From positions 66,386 to 130,385 of the IMG/VR virus record IMGVR_UViG_3300025085_002722: DNA of 64,000 nt; one strand, given 5' to 3'. Both the position numbers and the translations under genes were made by a program. This DNA comes from a virus. Under the pieces are notes generated by a model, which was not told the DNA's origin, did no database searches, and saw only the letters and a list, made by a program, of their open reading frames with translations. This document shows, in pieces, positions 37,170 through 46,809 of this stretch. Within the stretch, counting starts at the first letter, position 1. Each line of letters begins with the position of its first letter.

Positions 37170-37430
37170 GATGGTAAATAAAAATGCGAAGAGATCTTCA
37201 AAAGAGCACGGGCCTTTAAATGTAGGTCTTCAAAAGTGCTCGGGTTGAACGCAAATGTAGAAGGAAAGCGGAAAGCAATCCTTTTTAGGCTACCCAACAA
37301 AGGACTGGAGATGGCAACATCAAAGGAAACCAAGAAGTGTAGCAAGTGTGGTGAGGAGATACGGACACACACAAACAGAAACGACCTCACAACGCGACTT
37401 TTTCATTCGCCATAATGGGTATGAAAATTT
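37170..37430 (+). ncRNA. candidate structured RNA / long 5' leader
   Basis: GC-enriched intergenic region with several stems, including GATG-GCAA-CATC (GNRA loop); family not recognised. Confidence 0.35.
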
Positions 37431-37446
37431 TAGGAAAATAAAATAA

Positions 37447-37473
37447 CTTGCTAAATTATAGGAGATTATTATG
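37447..37473 (+). promoter_or_regulatory. ROSE-like RNA thermometer hairpin
   Basis: CUUGCU (37447-52) opposite AGGAG SD (37460-64), directly before a small HSP gene. Confidence 0.65.
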
Positions 37474-37911
37474 GTAAACAAGCAAATCAGATTCTCTACA
37501 GAATCACTTTCCCCACTATTTAAAGCCAGCATTGGCTTCGACAACTTAGTAAACGAGTTCTTCAATGAGCCTCAGTTTACAAATTCTACAGGGTATCCCC
37601 CTTACAACATATCTAAAAACAAAGACGATGTCTATGAAATTACTCTTGCAGTTGCAGGATTTAAAAAGTCAGATATCGAAATTGAACTTGAAGACGGTAC
37701 ACTAAAAATTACTGGAACTTCTAATGTTTTAGATGCTGATGAAGTTGAATACTTACACAAAGGTATTGCAGAACGCAACTTTGTGAGAACATTCAAACTT
37801 GCAGAATATGTCGAAGTTAGTTCAGCAAAACTCGAAGATGGTATTCTAAGAGTTGGCTTAGAGAGAAATGTTCCTGAGGCAATGAAGCCTAAGAAAATAG
37901 ATATTTCTTAA
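37471..37911 (+). CDS. small heat shock protein Hsp20 (IbpA-like)
   Basis: IGFD, YPPYNI, LAVAGF, YLHKGIAERNFVRTFKLAEYVEV, A.LEDGIL, KI.I. Confidence 0.95.
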   Translation: MVNKQIRFSTESLSPLFKASIGFDNLVNEFFNEPQFTNSTGYPPYNISKNKDDVYEITLAVAGFKKSDIEIELEDGTLKITGTSNVLDADEVEYLHKGIAERNFVRTFKLAEYVEVSSAKLEDGILRVGLERNVPEAMKPKKIDIS

Positions 37912-37920
37912 TTTTAACTA

Positions 37921-37955
37921 GTGGCGGGATATTGCCAATGTGTGGTACCCGCCAC
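37921..37955 (+). terminator. GC-rich hairpin after hsp20 (no U-tract; terminator or stabiliser)
   Basis: GTGGCGGG / CCCGCCAC. Confidence 0.55.
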
Positions 37956-37979
37956 ACCATAAACAAGTAAATAAGTGTA

Positions 37980-38276
37980 ATGAGTAAAGCAGATATTAGA
38001 ACTAGAAAAACAGTAAACCTCAAATATCCTGACAGGTTTAAAATTGTTATTTTAAATGATGATTATACACCATTTGATTTTGTTATACAATTACTTGTAG
38101 AGTTGTTTAATAAAAACATAGACGAAGCAAAAAAAATTACTTCGCAAGTGCATGAACAAGGGCAAGGTGTCATAGGTTACTACAATGCCGAGATAGCCGA
38201 GCAAAAAACCAATGAAGCAACTGTGGCTTCACGAACAGCAGGGTATCCTCTAGTCGTGAAGGTGCAGAAAGCATGA
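37980..38276 (+). CDS. clpS: N-degron adaptor ClpS
   Basis: [26 protein letters not shown]. Confidence 0.93.
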   Translation: MSKADIRTRKTVNLKYPDRFKIVILNDDYTPFDFVIQLLVELFNKNIDEAKKITSQVHEQGQGVIGYYNAEIAEQKTNEATVASRTAGYPLVVKVQKA

Positions 38277-39721
38277 AGCAATTTGACGAAGTAAATAAAA
38301 CTTATAAAGAAGGCTTTTCAACTGACATCGAGTCATTCTCATTGCCGCCAGGTTTAGATGAAGACGTAGTTCGTACTATAAGTAGTATGAAAAATGAACC
38401 CGAGTGGTTACTTGACTTTAGACTAAAAGCATTTGCACATTGGAAAAATAGTGTCGAGCCTACATGGGCAGAACTAGATTTCAAACCGATTGACTACCAG
38501 AGTATTTCTTATTACTCGGCACCAGAAAAATTTAACAAAGACGACATACCACAAGAGATTTTAGATACGTTTGAAAAGTTAGGCGTACCTTTACATGAAC
38601 GTAATGCATTACTAGGACTAGAAGAACCAGATCCAAATATCATTCCCACAGTGGCCATTGACGCAGTATTTGATAGTGTCAGTGTTGCTACAACATTTAA
38701 AGCAGAATTAGAAAAACACGGCATTATATTTTGCAGTATCAGTGAAGCAATAGAACAACACGAGGACTTAGTTAAAAAATATTTAGGTACAGTAATACCT
38801 ATTAAAGATAATTATTTTGCTACACTTAACTCAGCAGTATTCACAGACGGCACATTTTGTTACATACCACCAGGTGTAACATGCCCAATGGAACTAAACA
38901 CTTACTTTAGAATAAATGCTCGTAACACAGGGCAGTTTGAACGCACACTTATCATAGCAGACAAGGACAGCAAGGTTAGTTACTTAGAAGGCTGTACTGC
39001 ACCTGCTTACTCACAAAACACGTTACACGCGGCCTGTGTAGAACTAGTGGCCCATGAAAACGCAAATATCAAATACAGTACAGTACAAAATTGGTATCCA
39101 GGAGATGAGAACGGTGTAGGTGGTGTATATAATTTTGTAACCAAAAGAGGACTATGTAAAGGTGATAACAGTAAAATATCTTGGACCCAAGTTGAAACAG
39201 GTTCCGCAATTACTTGGAAGTATCCTTCCTGTATATTACGAGGTGACAATAGTGTTGGCGAGTTCTATAGTGTTGCGGTAACAAAAGGCAAACAACAAGC
39301 AGACACAGGAACCAAAATGTTCCATGTCGGAAAGAACACAAAGAGCACTATCATAAGCAAGGGCATAAGTTTTGATGATAGTGTAAACACTTACAGAGGC
39401 AAAGTAAGAGTAAACAAAGGTGCCACAGGTAGTAGAAACTACACTAGGTGTGACAGTTTAATGTTAGACAACAGTCTAGCAATTACACTACCAACAGTAG
39501 AACAACACAATAACGATAGTGTTGTTGAACACGAAGCAAGTACAAACAAAGTATCTGAAGACCAATTGTACTACTTAAACACGTTAGGCATTGATGAAGA
39601 AAATGCAACTAATCTAATTGTAAACGGGTTCTGCAAAGAAGTTTTTAAAGAACTTCCTTTGGAATTTGCCGCTGAGGCAAGACAACTTTTAAACGTAACA
39701 CTAGAAGGAGCAGTTGGATGA
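38273..39721 (+). CDS. sufB: Fe-S cluster assembly protein SufB
   Basis: [74 protein letters not shown]. Confidence 0.97.
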   Translation: MKQFDEVNKTYKEGFSTDIESFSLPPGLDEDVVRTISSMKNEPEWLLDFRLKAFAHWKNSVEPTWAELDFKPIDYQSISYYSAPEKFNKDDIPQEILDTFEKLGVPLHERNALLGLEEPDPNIIPTVAIDAVFDSVSVATTFKAELEKHGIIFCSISEAIEQHEDLVKKYLGTVIPIKDNYFATLNSAVFTDGTFCYIPPGVTCPMELNTYFRINARNTGQFERTLIIADKDSKVSYLEGCTAPAYSQNTLHAACVELVAHENANIKYSTVQNWYPGDENGVGGVYNFVTKRGLCKGDNSKISWTQVETGSAITWKYPSCILRGDNSVGEFYSVAVTKGKQQADTGTKMFHVGKNTKSTIISKGISFDDSVNTYRGKVRVNKGATGSRNYTRCDSLMLDNSLAITLPTVEQHNNDSVVEHEASTNKVSEDQLYYLNTLGIDEENATNLIVNGFCKEVFKELPLEFAAEARQLLNVTLEGAVG

Positions 39722-40845
39722 AGCCACTAATTATATGCGGTGGATGTAGTTTTACACATGCCCCAGATAGTTGGGCACAGGTCCTTGGCGGATATAAAAA
39801 AATCTGGAATGATCAGGCTCAATATCAGTATAGTCTATGGAAAGAGTACGGTAAAGTAGTTGCCAATGCAAACATGGATCATTTGCCGGAAAGCATATAT
39901 GATGTATGGGACGAGGGAGAGGATATATCTAAATATGCAGATGTAATGGTAGTAGGCCAAGGTGCAAGTGGTAATCAACTTAACAGCAGAGTTATTAGAC
40001 ACGCAGTTGAACAAAACGAAGGTAGACAAATTATTGTATTATGGCAATTAAGTAGTTGGTCTAGAAATGAATATGCCATTAATAGATTTGACTCTATTGA
40101 CTACAACACAATAATAAATGAACACGATGCACATCATATGTATAGCATACCTTATGCTAGAAGATTTAGAAATTGTGCTCATATAGACGGAGGCGAACAT
40201 GACCCGAATGTTCCTGCAGGTTGGGGGTATGATTTTGAAGAAACTGTAAATGAGAATTATGCTGGGATTACTCCGCCTCAATACAGAGCCGAACACAGAG
40301 TATGGATGAAGCAAGGCGGCGGATATACAGGCTGGGAAAACAGGCGACTATTTGAAGTATTTAAAGAAGATTATATAAATCTTAATACCGCGGATAATCA
40401 GTCAGTAAAAAATTTAGAAAACGTAGAATATATGAAACTTTTTTGCGAATCTAAAAACGTGCAATTATTAATGTTCCCTGGTTGGTATTGGTGCTGGGAT
40501 GGTATGTTTAATTTTGTTTCATCTGAGAGCACACTATATTCCAAAGATGTATTAGATAGAGTAGGATTAAGTGCAGTTGATAATATAAACAATACCGGAG
40601 GTATAGCAGAATATGGTATACAAGACGAACTATATTGTACACCTGATGCAACTAACCAGAACCCAGAAATAATGTTACTAAGCGGTGACGTATATACTGC
40701 TAACGAAACATCAAGTATTTACGAAAAGGCAAAACTAGACGACGGCACATGGTGGTGTGGTAATCATCCGAGTGGATATAATCATGCAAAATTTTGCAAC
40801 AAATGGCTAAAGCCTAAAGTACTAGAAATGCTTGACAACGCATAA
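39718..40845 (+). CDS. SGNH-like hydrolase/acyltransferase (paralog family B) inserted in the suf cluster
   Basis: GGCSFT, GASGN, C-terminal NHP. Confidence 0.5.
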   Translation: MKPLIICGGCSFTHAPDSWAQVLGGYKKIWNDQAQYQYSLWKEYGKVVANANMDHLPESIYDVWDEGEDISKYADVMVVGQGASGNQLNSRVIRHAVEQNEGRQIIVLWQLSSWSRNEYAINRFDSIDYNTIINEHDAHHMYSIPYARRFRNCAHIDGGEHDPNVPAGWGYDFEETVNENYAGITPPQYRAEHRVWMKQGGGYTGWENRRLFEVFKEDYINLNTADNQSVKNLENVEYMKLFCESKNVQLLMFPGWYWCWDGMFNFVSSESTLYSKDVLDRVGLSAVDNINNTGGIAEYGIQDELYCTPDATNQNPEIMLLSGDVYTANETSSIYEKAKLDDGTWWCGNHPSGYNHAKFCNKWLKPKVLEMLDNA

Positions 40846-40861
40846 TAAATTAGTGTATAAT
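40832..40861 (+). promoter_or_regulatory. sigma70-type promoter, 6 nt before the sufC ATG
   Basis: TTGACA-18-TATAAT, then ATG 40868. Confidence 0.7.
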
Positions 40862-40867
40862 AACAAT

Positions 40868-41566
40868 ATGAAATTCCAAGACGTAAGTATAACAATCGAC
40901 AATAAAGAGTTACTAAAAAACTTTAATAAAACAATTTTACCCGGTGAAACCGTTGTTGTTATTGGACCTAATGGTTGCGGTAAAAGTACATTAGCACATG
41001 GCATCATGGGCCGAGGCGACATCGATGTAGAAGGTTCAATAAAATTTAATAACAAAGAAATTACTGATATGGAAACATTTGAGAGATCAAAAGAAGGAAT
41101 ATTTGTCAGTTGGCAAACTCCTCCAGAACTACCAGGCGTTTCTACATTCGGACTAATTAAAGAAATCAAAGAAATTAAGTCTGCACAAATAGGTACAGAA
41201 TTAAAAGAATTTAAAAACACATTGACTAAAGTAGGATTACCTGAATCATGGACTACTAGACCAGTTAATGTCGGCGGCAGTGGCGGAGAAAGAAAAAGAG
41301 CAGAGTTATCTAATTTACTTACATTACAACCACAATGTGCTATATTAGATGAAATAGATACAGGTTTAGATTCAAATGGATTAAAACTTGTTGTTGAAGT
41401 TATTAATGACCGCAAAGAGAAAAACTTATCAACTATTATGATAACACACAATATCAATACTGTACAAAACTTAGAATACGATTATGGTTTAATGTTTGAA
41501 GACGGTAAATTAGTTGAAGTTGACAGCAATGTAGTTGAAAAGAAATTAAAGGAAGGTTATGACTAA
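40868..41566 (+). CDS. sufC: Fe-S assembly ABC-type ATPase SufC
   Basis: GPNGCGKSTL, Q.P.ELPGV, RPVNVG.SGGERKR.E, ILDEIDTGLD, ITH. Confidence 0.92.
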   Translation: MKFQDVSITIDNKELLKNFNKTILPGETVVVIGPNGCGKSTLAHGIMGRGDIDVEGSIKFNNKEITDMETFERSKEGIFVSWQTPPELPGVSTFGLIKEIKEIKSAQIGTELKEFKNTLTKVGLPESWTTRPVNVGGSGGERKRAELSNLLTLQPQCAILDEIDTGLDSNGLKLVVEVINDRKEKNLSTIMITHNINTVQNLEYDYGLMFEDGKLVEVDSNVVEKKLKEGYD

Positions 41567-42734
41567 GTCATGCGAGGATTTACTAGATTTATTAATCGAA
41601 GTTGGCGGTGAACAGTGGTCTATAAATGCAACTAAAGAATTCTTAAGCAAGTCCTTACATGATTCTTACACACCAGTAAATTACAAACTTGAAGAATATT
41701 CTTCTGCTGTATTCAAACGTCTTTGGACAAAAGAATTAGACTTTCCGTTTAATGGTCAAGGTAATGCCAGTGTATACAGTAACGGCTTTAATGACGAAGT
41801 GCCACAAAATGTTAGATTCAAGGCAGGACAATTTTCGGGTAATCACGAACTAAACCAACTCGGTGGCCATATATGGCATGATACCGGTGATGCACACGGA
41901 AACGTTTATGACTACTATACAAGGTCAATAGATGTTTTTAAAAACAGCACTATACCAGGATTACTAGCAACTGCATTAACAGGTGGAACAAGTGTATGCA
42001 TGTTAAGTACATGGGAAAACAAACATGCATTAAATTTTGTTAATGAAGATGTAGACAATGAAAATAATTCATTAAATGCAGGTGTATACATAGTGCATAT
42101 TAGAGACAAGTCTAATCTTACAGTTAAAGAATCTATCCTTAACGGAAAAGATATGTACTTAAACAAATGGATTTATATTATTGGGTATGACAGTAAATTA
42201 GAACTTACTAGAGAGGTAATTAACAGCAATGGCGTAGTTGATGATGTCAGTATAATTCAGTATCCTGGCAGTGAACTAATTGTGAATACATATGACAAAG
42301 ACCCACAATGGCGGCACTTAGATATTACTGCATACCAAAACACAACAACAACTGTCAATGGTAGTGTGTTATGCAAAAACTCTAGTTCATCTCATAATGT
42401 AATTGTTAACCATAAAGGTAATAATAGCACTAGCACAATAAAATATCACTCTGCAATTTACAACAACAATGTAACAGATTTTATTGGCAGTATAAATGTT
42501 GATAAAAAAGCAGTAGGTACAAACTCCAGTATGATAAACAAAAATCTATTAATGGACAAGACTAGCAAAGCAAAGTCAATACCGAAACTAAATATCAATA
42601 CCAAAGAGATACAATGTACACACGGTTGTACAATAAGCAATGTAGATGAAAACGAGATATATTATCTTGAAACATTAGGAGTTAGCAAAACAAATGCAAG
42701 AAAAATGATTGCAGACGGGCACATACAAATATGA
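41559..42734 (+). CDS. sufD: SufD-like Fe-S assembly protein (divergent)
   Basis: F.G.I.V...A.GT, NLL....A.SIP.L.I....CTHGCTI...DE..IYYL...G. Confidence 0.85.
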   Translation: MTKSCEDLLDLLIEVGGEQWSINATKEFLSKSLHDSYTPVNYKLEEYSSAVFKRLWTKELDFPFNGQGNASVYSNGFNDEVPQNVRFKAGQFSGNHELNQLGGHIWHDTGDAHGNVYDYYTRSIDVFKNSTIPGLLATALTGGTSVCMLSTWENKHALNFVNEDVDNENNSLNAGVYIVHIRDKSNLTVKESILNGKDMYLNKWIYIIGYDSKLELTREVINSNGVVDDVSIIQYPGSELIVNTYDKDPQWRHLDITAYQNTTTTVNGSVLCKNSSSSHNVIVNHKGNNSTSTIKYHSAIYNNNVTDFIGSINVDKKAVGTNSSMINKNLLMDKTSKAKSIPKLNINTKEIQCTHGCTISNVDENEIYYLETLGVSKTNARKMIADGHIQI

Positions 42735-43909
42735 TTAACAGTAACACAAGAGATCAATTTAAGGCACTAAAGTCTGGCAAGGTGTATTTTGATACAGCGG
42801 CAACCAGCCTTACTCCTGATGAAGTTGTAGATAAGATGGCTGAGTACTACAACGAGTACCCTAGCAATGTACACAGAGGTAACTATGCTTGGGGAGATGT
42901 TGCTACAACAGAATACGAAGGCGTAAGAGACAAAGTAAAAGACTGGTGTAATGCACACAATTATGAAGTAGTATTTACATCAGGTGCTACATTTTCTTCT
43001 AACTTAATTTATTACAATTTAAAAAATTTAGGTATATCTAAATCCATAGTAAGTCTTAACGACCATCATGCTAATATTGTACCTTACAGATTACACAACT
43101 CTAACGTTGAACAAATACCTGTACCAGATAACGGAGTATTTAATGAACAAGAACTGTTTAAATACGGGTCACTAGACGCACACATTTTGCATATAAGCGG
43201 GGTTTTCAATGCAACTGGGCAAATACTGGATATAGAAAAAATTACGCACACAGCAAAAGAATTAGGTGGCTTAGTAGCATTAGACATGAGTCAACATATG
43301 AGTCATGAAAGTTTAGACGCAGATAAAGTCAATGCAGATTTTTACTACTGGAGTTCACATAAACACTATGGGCCAACAGGAACAGGTATATTATTAATTA
43401 AAAAGTCTATTGCAGAACACATGGAACCACTAATAGGTGGCGGTGCCCAAGTAAGCAATGTAACTGATAGTAAAACAGAGTTTTGGGAAATACCGTTAAA
43501 GTTAGAAGCAGGCACACCTAACATAGCAGGAGTTATAGGCACCGGTGCAAGTATAGACTTTATGCAAAAGATTGGCATGGATGTAATACACAGTCACACA
43601 CAAAACCTATTAGGAATCATTATCAAAGAATTAAGAGAAAGAAAGATACCTATTATATGCGACGAACTACCACTAGAGAAAAGAGGTGGCTTGGTAAGTT
43701 TTACCATACCAGGTCAACATTCATATGATGTTAGTGTAGCATTAGGATTAAAAGATATATATGTTAGGTCAGGCAAACTATGTGCCCACCCTGTGGTAAA
43801 CAAATTATCGGACAATGGATTTATTAGAGTAAGTGTCGGTGTAAACAACAACGAAGTTGATGTTGCAAGATTCTTAGAATCGCTAGACCAAGTATTAACA
43901 TATGGATGA
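42731..43909 (+). CDS. sufS: cysteine desulfurase SufS
   Basis: YFDTAAT, SNVHRG, HHANIVP, SSHKHYGPTG (PLP Lys), EAGTPN, RSGKLCAHP (catalytic Cys). Confidence 0.92.
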   Translation: MINSNTRDQFKALKSGKVYFDTAATSLTPDEVVDKMAEYYNEYPSNVHRGNYAWGDVATTEYEGVRDKVKDWCNAHNYEVVFTSGATFSSNLIYYNLKNLGISKSIVSLNDHHANIVPYRLHNSNVEQIPVPDNGVFNEQELFKYGSLDAHILHISGVFNATGQILDIEKITHTAKELGGLVALDMSQHMSHESLDADKVNADFYYWSSHKHYGPTGTGILLIKKSIAEHMEPLIGGGAQVSNVTDSKTEFWEIPLKLEAGTPNIAGVIGTGASIDFMQKIGMDVIHSHTQNLLGIIIKELRERKIPIICDELPLEKRGGLVSFTIPGQHSYDVSVALGLKDIYVRSGKLCAHPVVNKLSDNGFIRVSVGVNNNEVDVARFLESLDQVLTYG

Positions 43910-44219
43910 TTTAAGAAAATTTATTGCTGGCAAAGTAAAAGCAGAACTAACAAAAATATTTGATCCTGAAGTACCAGTAAACATTGTTGACTTAGGTCTT
44001 ATATACAATGTAGAAATCAATCAAGAAATGGACTGCCAAGTACTAATGACACTAACAGCACCAAATTGCCCAGCCGCAGAAATATTACCAGCAGAAGTAC
44101 ATGCCGCGGCGGCAACTGTCGAAGGCGTACAAAAAGTAAATGTTGATATTACTTTTAACCCACCTTGGAATCCAGATCTTATATCAGAAGAAGCACGTTT
44201 TACACTAGGCATAGAATAA
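43902..44219 (+). CDS. sufT: DUF59/SufT (FeS_assembly_P) protein
   Basis: DPEVPVNIVDLGLIY, MTLTAPNCPAA, FNPPW. Confidence 0.9.
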   Translation: MDDLRKFIAGKVKAELTKIFDPEVPVNIVDLGLIYNVEINQEMDCQVLMTLTAPNCPAAEILPAEVHAAAATVEGVQKVNVDITFNPPWNPDLISEEARFTLGIE

Positions 44220-44257
44220 ATAAATGCTTACGCCACAACAGGTGTAAAAGGAAATAT

Positions 44258-44680
44258 ATGAATATAATAAATCACATCACTACTAACCTGAAAACAGTAT
44301 TAGTAGACAGATGGAAAGACTGGAGCGGAAGAAGTAATAGACCAGAGTATTGGTTCTTTACATTGTACGCAAGTCTTATTGCCTTAGTGGCAATGGGAAT
44401 AGATAACCTTATAGGATTCACATTCTTTAATTGGCTTGATCCATTCTCAGAAAGCAAGAACTCAGGAATATTTGTAGCGATCTGGATATTGGCAACATTA
44501 CCAGCATCACTAAGTGTTACTGTAAGACGACTACATGACAGAGGTCATAGTGGTTGGTGGGTAATTGCTTTCTTTGTACCTGTGCTAAACTTCTTACCAT
44601 TATATTGGTTAGTGAGAGCGGCAAAGGATACACCAGAAGCAAAGAAATACAAAAACCCTTATGGAAAACTACCTAAGTAA
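44258..44680 (+). CDS. DUF805 membrane protein
   Basis: GRSNRPEYWFF, VRRLHDRGHSGWW, NPYG. Confidence 0.9.
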   Translation: MNIINHITTNLKTVLVDRWKDWSGRSNRPEYWFFTLYASLIALVAMGIDNLIGFTFFNWLDPFSESKNSGIFVAIWILATLPASLSVTVRRLHDRGHSGWWVIAFFVPVLNFLPLYWLVRAAKDTPEAKKYKNPYGKLPK

Positions 44681-44692
44681 AGGAGAAAAATA

Positions 44693-45250
44693 ATGTCATC
44701 AATTAAGAGAAAAGTACCAGTAATGGATTTTCCTGTCAGAGTAGAAACTGACGAGAACCCAGGATGGAAATGGGATACACTTACTTATGACCAAATTTTT
44801 GCAGGTAAAAAAGTTATAGTATTTGGATTACCAGGTGCTTATACTCCTACTTGCACAACTAATCAATTACCAGGCTATGAGGCTTTCTACGAGCAATTCA
44901 AAGCAGAAGGCATTGATGAAATCTTTTGTTGTTCAGTAAATGATACATTCGTAATGAACTCTTGGTTCAGAGAAGTTAATGTAGAAAAAGTAAAACCAAT
45001 ACCAGACGGTACAGGTAAATTTACTAGACAAATGGGATTCTTAGTTGATAAGAGTGTCATAGGTTTTGGACTTAGAAGTTGGAGATATGCAATGATTGTT
45101 AATGATGGTAACATTGAAGCAATTTTTGAAGAGCCAGGATACAGCGATGAATGTCCTGATGATCCATATCAAGTCAGTGATCCAAACACAGTTTTACAGT
45201 TTATCAAATCAGGTACACTACCTAGCATAGACGACCAAAACGAAGAATAA
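44693..45250 (+). CDS. peroxiredoxin (Prx5/Redoxin type)
   Basis: GLPGAYTPTC, SVND.FVM, DG.G.FT, G.RSWRYAM. Confidence 0.93.
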   Translation: MSSIKRKVPVMDFPVRVETDENPGWKWDTLTYDQIFAGKKVIVFGLPGAYTPTCTTNQLPGYEAFYEQFKAEGIDEIFCCSVNDTFVMNSWFREVNVEKVKPIPDGTGKFTRQMGFLVDKSVIGFGLRSWRYAMIVNDGNIEAIFEEPGYSDECPDDPYQVSDPNTVLQFIKSGTLPSIDDQNEE

Positions 45251-45252
45251 GA

Positions 45253-45286
45253 TTAGGGCGGCCTTAACGCCCTAACCTTTTTATTT
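45253..45286 (+). terminator. rho-independent terminator
   Basis: TTAGGGCG/CGCCCTAA stem followed by TTTTTATTT. Confidence 0.85.
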
Positions 45287-45305
45287 CCACATAATAAATA
45301 CTAGC

Positions 45306-46001
45306 ATGTCCACAAAACACATCACAGATGTGCTGTTCGTAGTACAGGCTAGAGTAAACAGCACAAGAGTACCAAGAAAAATGATTAGACCATTTGCTAG
45401 TACCAGTTTGATCGATGTGTGTTTACGAAAAATTAAAAAGTCCAAGATACCACAAGAACAATTTATTCTCAGTGCTAACGAAATTCATTTAAAACGATTA
45501 GCAGAACATCACGGACTAAATGTGTTCGATAGAAGTGTTAAGAGTGCTAACGAAGAAAAAGATTTACAGTCATTATACGAATGGTACGATAAGTTTCCAC
45601 AATATAAATATGTAGTTCTAATAAATGCATGTAACTTATTTTTAACTGTAGAAACAATAAACAATTTTATTGATACATATCTTAACTCTCCAAACGATGG
45701 ACTGTTTGCTGTTACCAATAAGAAAAATTACTTTTGGAATAGCAACGGAGATCTTACAACACCATGGCCAGAAGGATATGAACTAATGAATACTAAAGCA
45801 GTAACACCTACATACGAAGGTGCTCATTGCTTGTATGCTAGTAGACTAGACTTAATAGGCGAAGGCAGTTTTATGGGCAAGGCACCATTCAAGAAAGACA
45901 ATCCAGAAATATTTGTTATAGATGAGTTTGAAAGTCTTGACATAGATTATGAATGGCAATTTGATTTATACACATCGTATTGGAAAAAGTTAAATGGTTA
46001 A
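45306..46001 (+). CDS. neuA: CMP-nonulosonate synthetase (NeuA-like cytidylyltransferase)
   Basis: VQARVNSTRVPRKMIR, ESLDIDYEWQF. Confidence 0.85.
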   Translation: MSTKHITDVLFVVQARVNSTRVPRKMIRPFASTSLIDVCLRKIKKSKIPQEQFILSANEIHLKRLAEHHGLNVFDRSVKSANEEKDLQSLYEWYDKFPQYKYVVLINACNLFLTVETINNFIDTYLNSPNDGLFAVTNKKNYFWNSNGDLTTPWPEGYELMNTKAVTPTYEGAHCLYASRLDLIGEGSFMGKAPFKKDNPEIFVIDEFESLDIDYEWQFDLYTSYWKKLNG

Positions 46002-46809
46002 AGTAATAGCAGAAATAGGAATCAATCACAACGGAGACTTAGATCTTTGTAAAAAAATGATAGCCGCGGCAAAAGAAGCCGGTGCTTATGCAGTAAAGTT
46101 TCAAAAACGTGACCCAGACACTTGTGTACCGGAACACCAAAAAAGTATGATGCGTCAGACCCCATGGGGCGAAATGACGTATTTAGAATACAAACATAAA
46201 ATAGAATTTGGCAAAGACGAATATGATGAGATACGCAGGTACTGTAAAGAAATAGACATAGACTGGTTTCTTAGTGTGTGGGATATCAAAAGTTTACACT
46301 TTGCATTACTGTATGGTAACAGACTTGTCAAAATACCAAGTGCATTAGCAACAGACGAAGAACTGGTTAGACGTGCTGGTAGTAACTTTGATAATGTTAT
46401 AGTTAGTACAGGCATGTGCAACTTCCAAGAGGTTGTACAAATGACAAAAAGGTTTGAACGTACAAGAAACTTAATACTGTTTTATACAGTAAGTGCCTAT
46501 CCGGCTCCACTAGATCAACTGAACTTAGATACATTAGACTTGTACAAAGAGTTTGGTCACCCAATAGGTTATAGCAGTCATGACGTAGGTGTATATCCTG
46601 CGGCCGCCACAGTATTAAAAGGTGTAAAGTATATTGAAAAACATTTTACCACTGATAAAACTTTATGGGGAACAGACCAATCAGCAAGTATGGAGCCAAG
46701 CGAATTAAAAGAATTAGTAGAGCAAGTAAGAATGCTAGAGCAAACTGTAGGCAAACGTTTTGATGTATTACCTTGTGAAGAGCCAAATAGAAAAAAATTA
46801 AGACCATGA
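45994..46809 (+). CDS. neuB: nonulosonate synthase (NeuB family, no C-terminal SAF domain)
   Basis: IAEIGINHNGD, VKFQKR, KIPS, STGM, SAYP, GYSSH, IEKHFT, DQSAS. Confidence 0.93.
   Translation: MVKVIAEIGINHNGDLDLCKKMIAAAKEAGAYAVKFQKRDPDTCVPEHQKSMMRQTPWGEMTYLEYKHKIEFGKDEYDEIRRYCKEIDIDWFLSVWDIKSLHFALLYGNRLVKIPSALATDEELVRRAGSNFDNVIVSTGMCNFQEVVQMTKRFERTRNLILFYTVSAYPAPLDQLNLDTLDLYKEFGHPIGYSSHDVGVYPAAATVLKGVKYIEKHFTTDKTLWGTDQSASMEPSELKELVEQVRMLEQTVGKRFDVLPCEEPNRKKLRP

Noticed and set aside
37182-37260. Mini-CRISPR or SAM-II/SAM-V riboswitch (AAATGTAG, GGGTTGAAC)
   Set aside because: Only 2-3 degenerate units with no spacers; the riboswitch consensus and pseudoknot are not matched.
38273-39721. Intein in SufB (a known intein host)
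   Set aside because: 482-aa length and continuous SufB motifs leave no room for an insertion.
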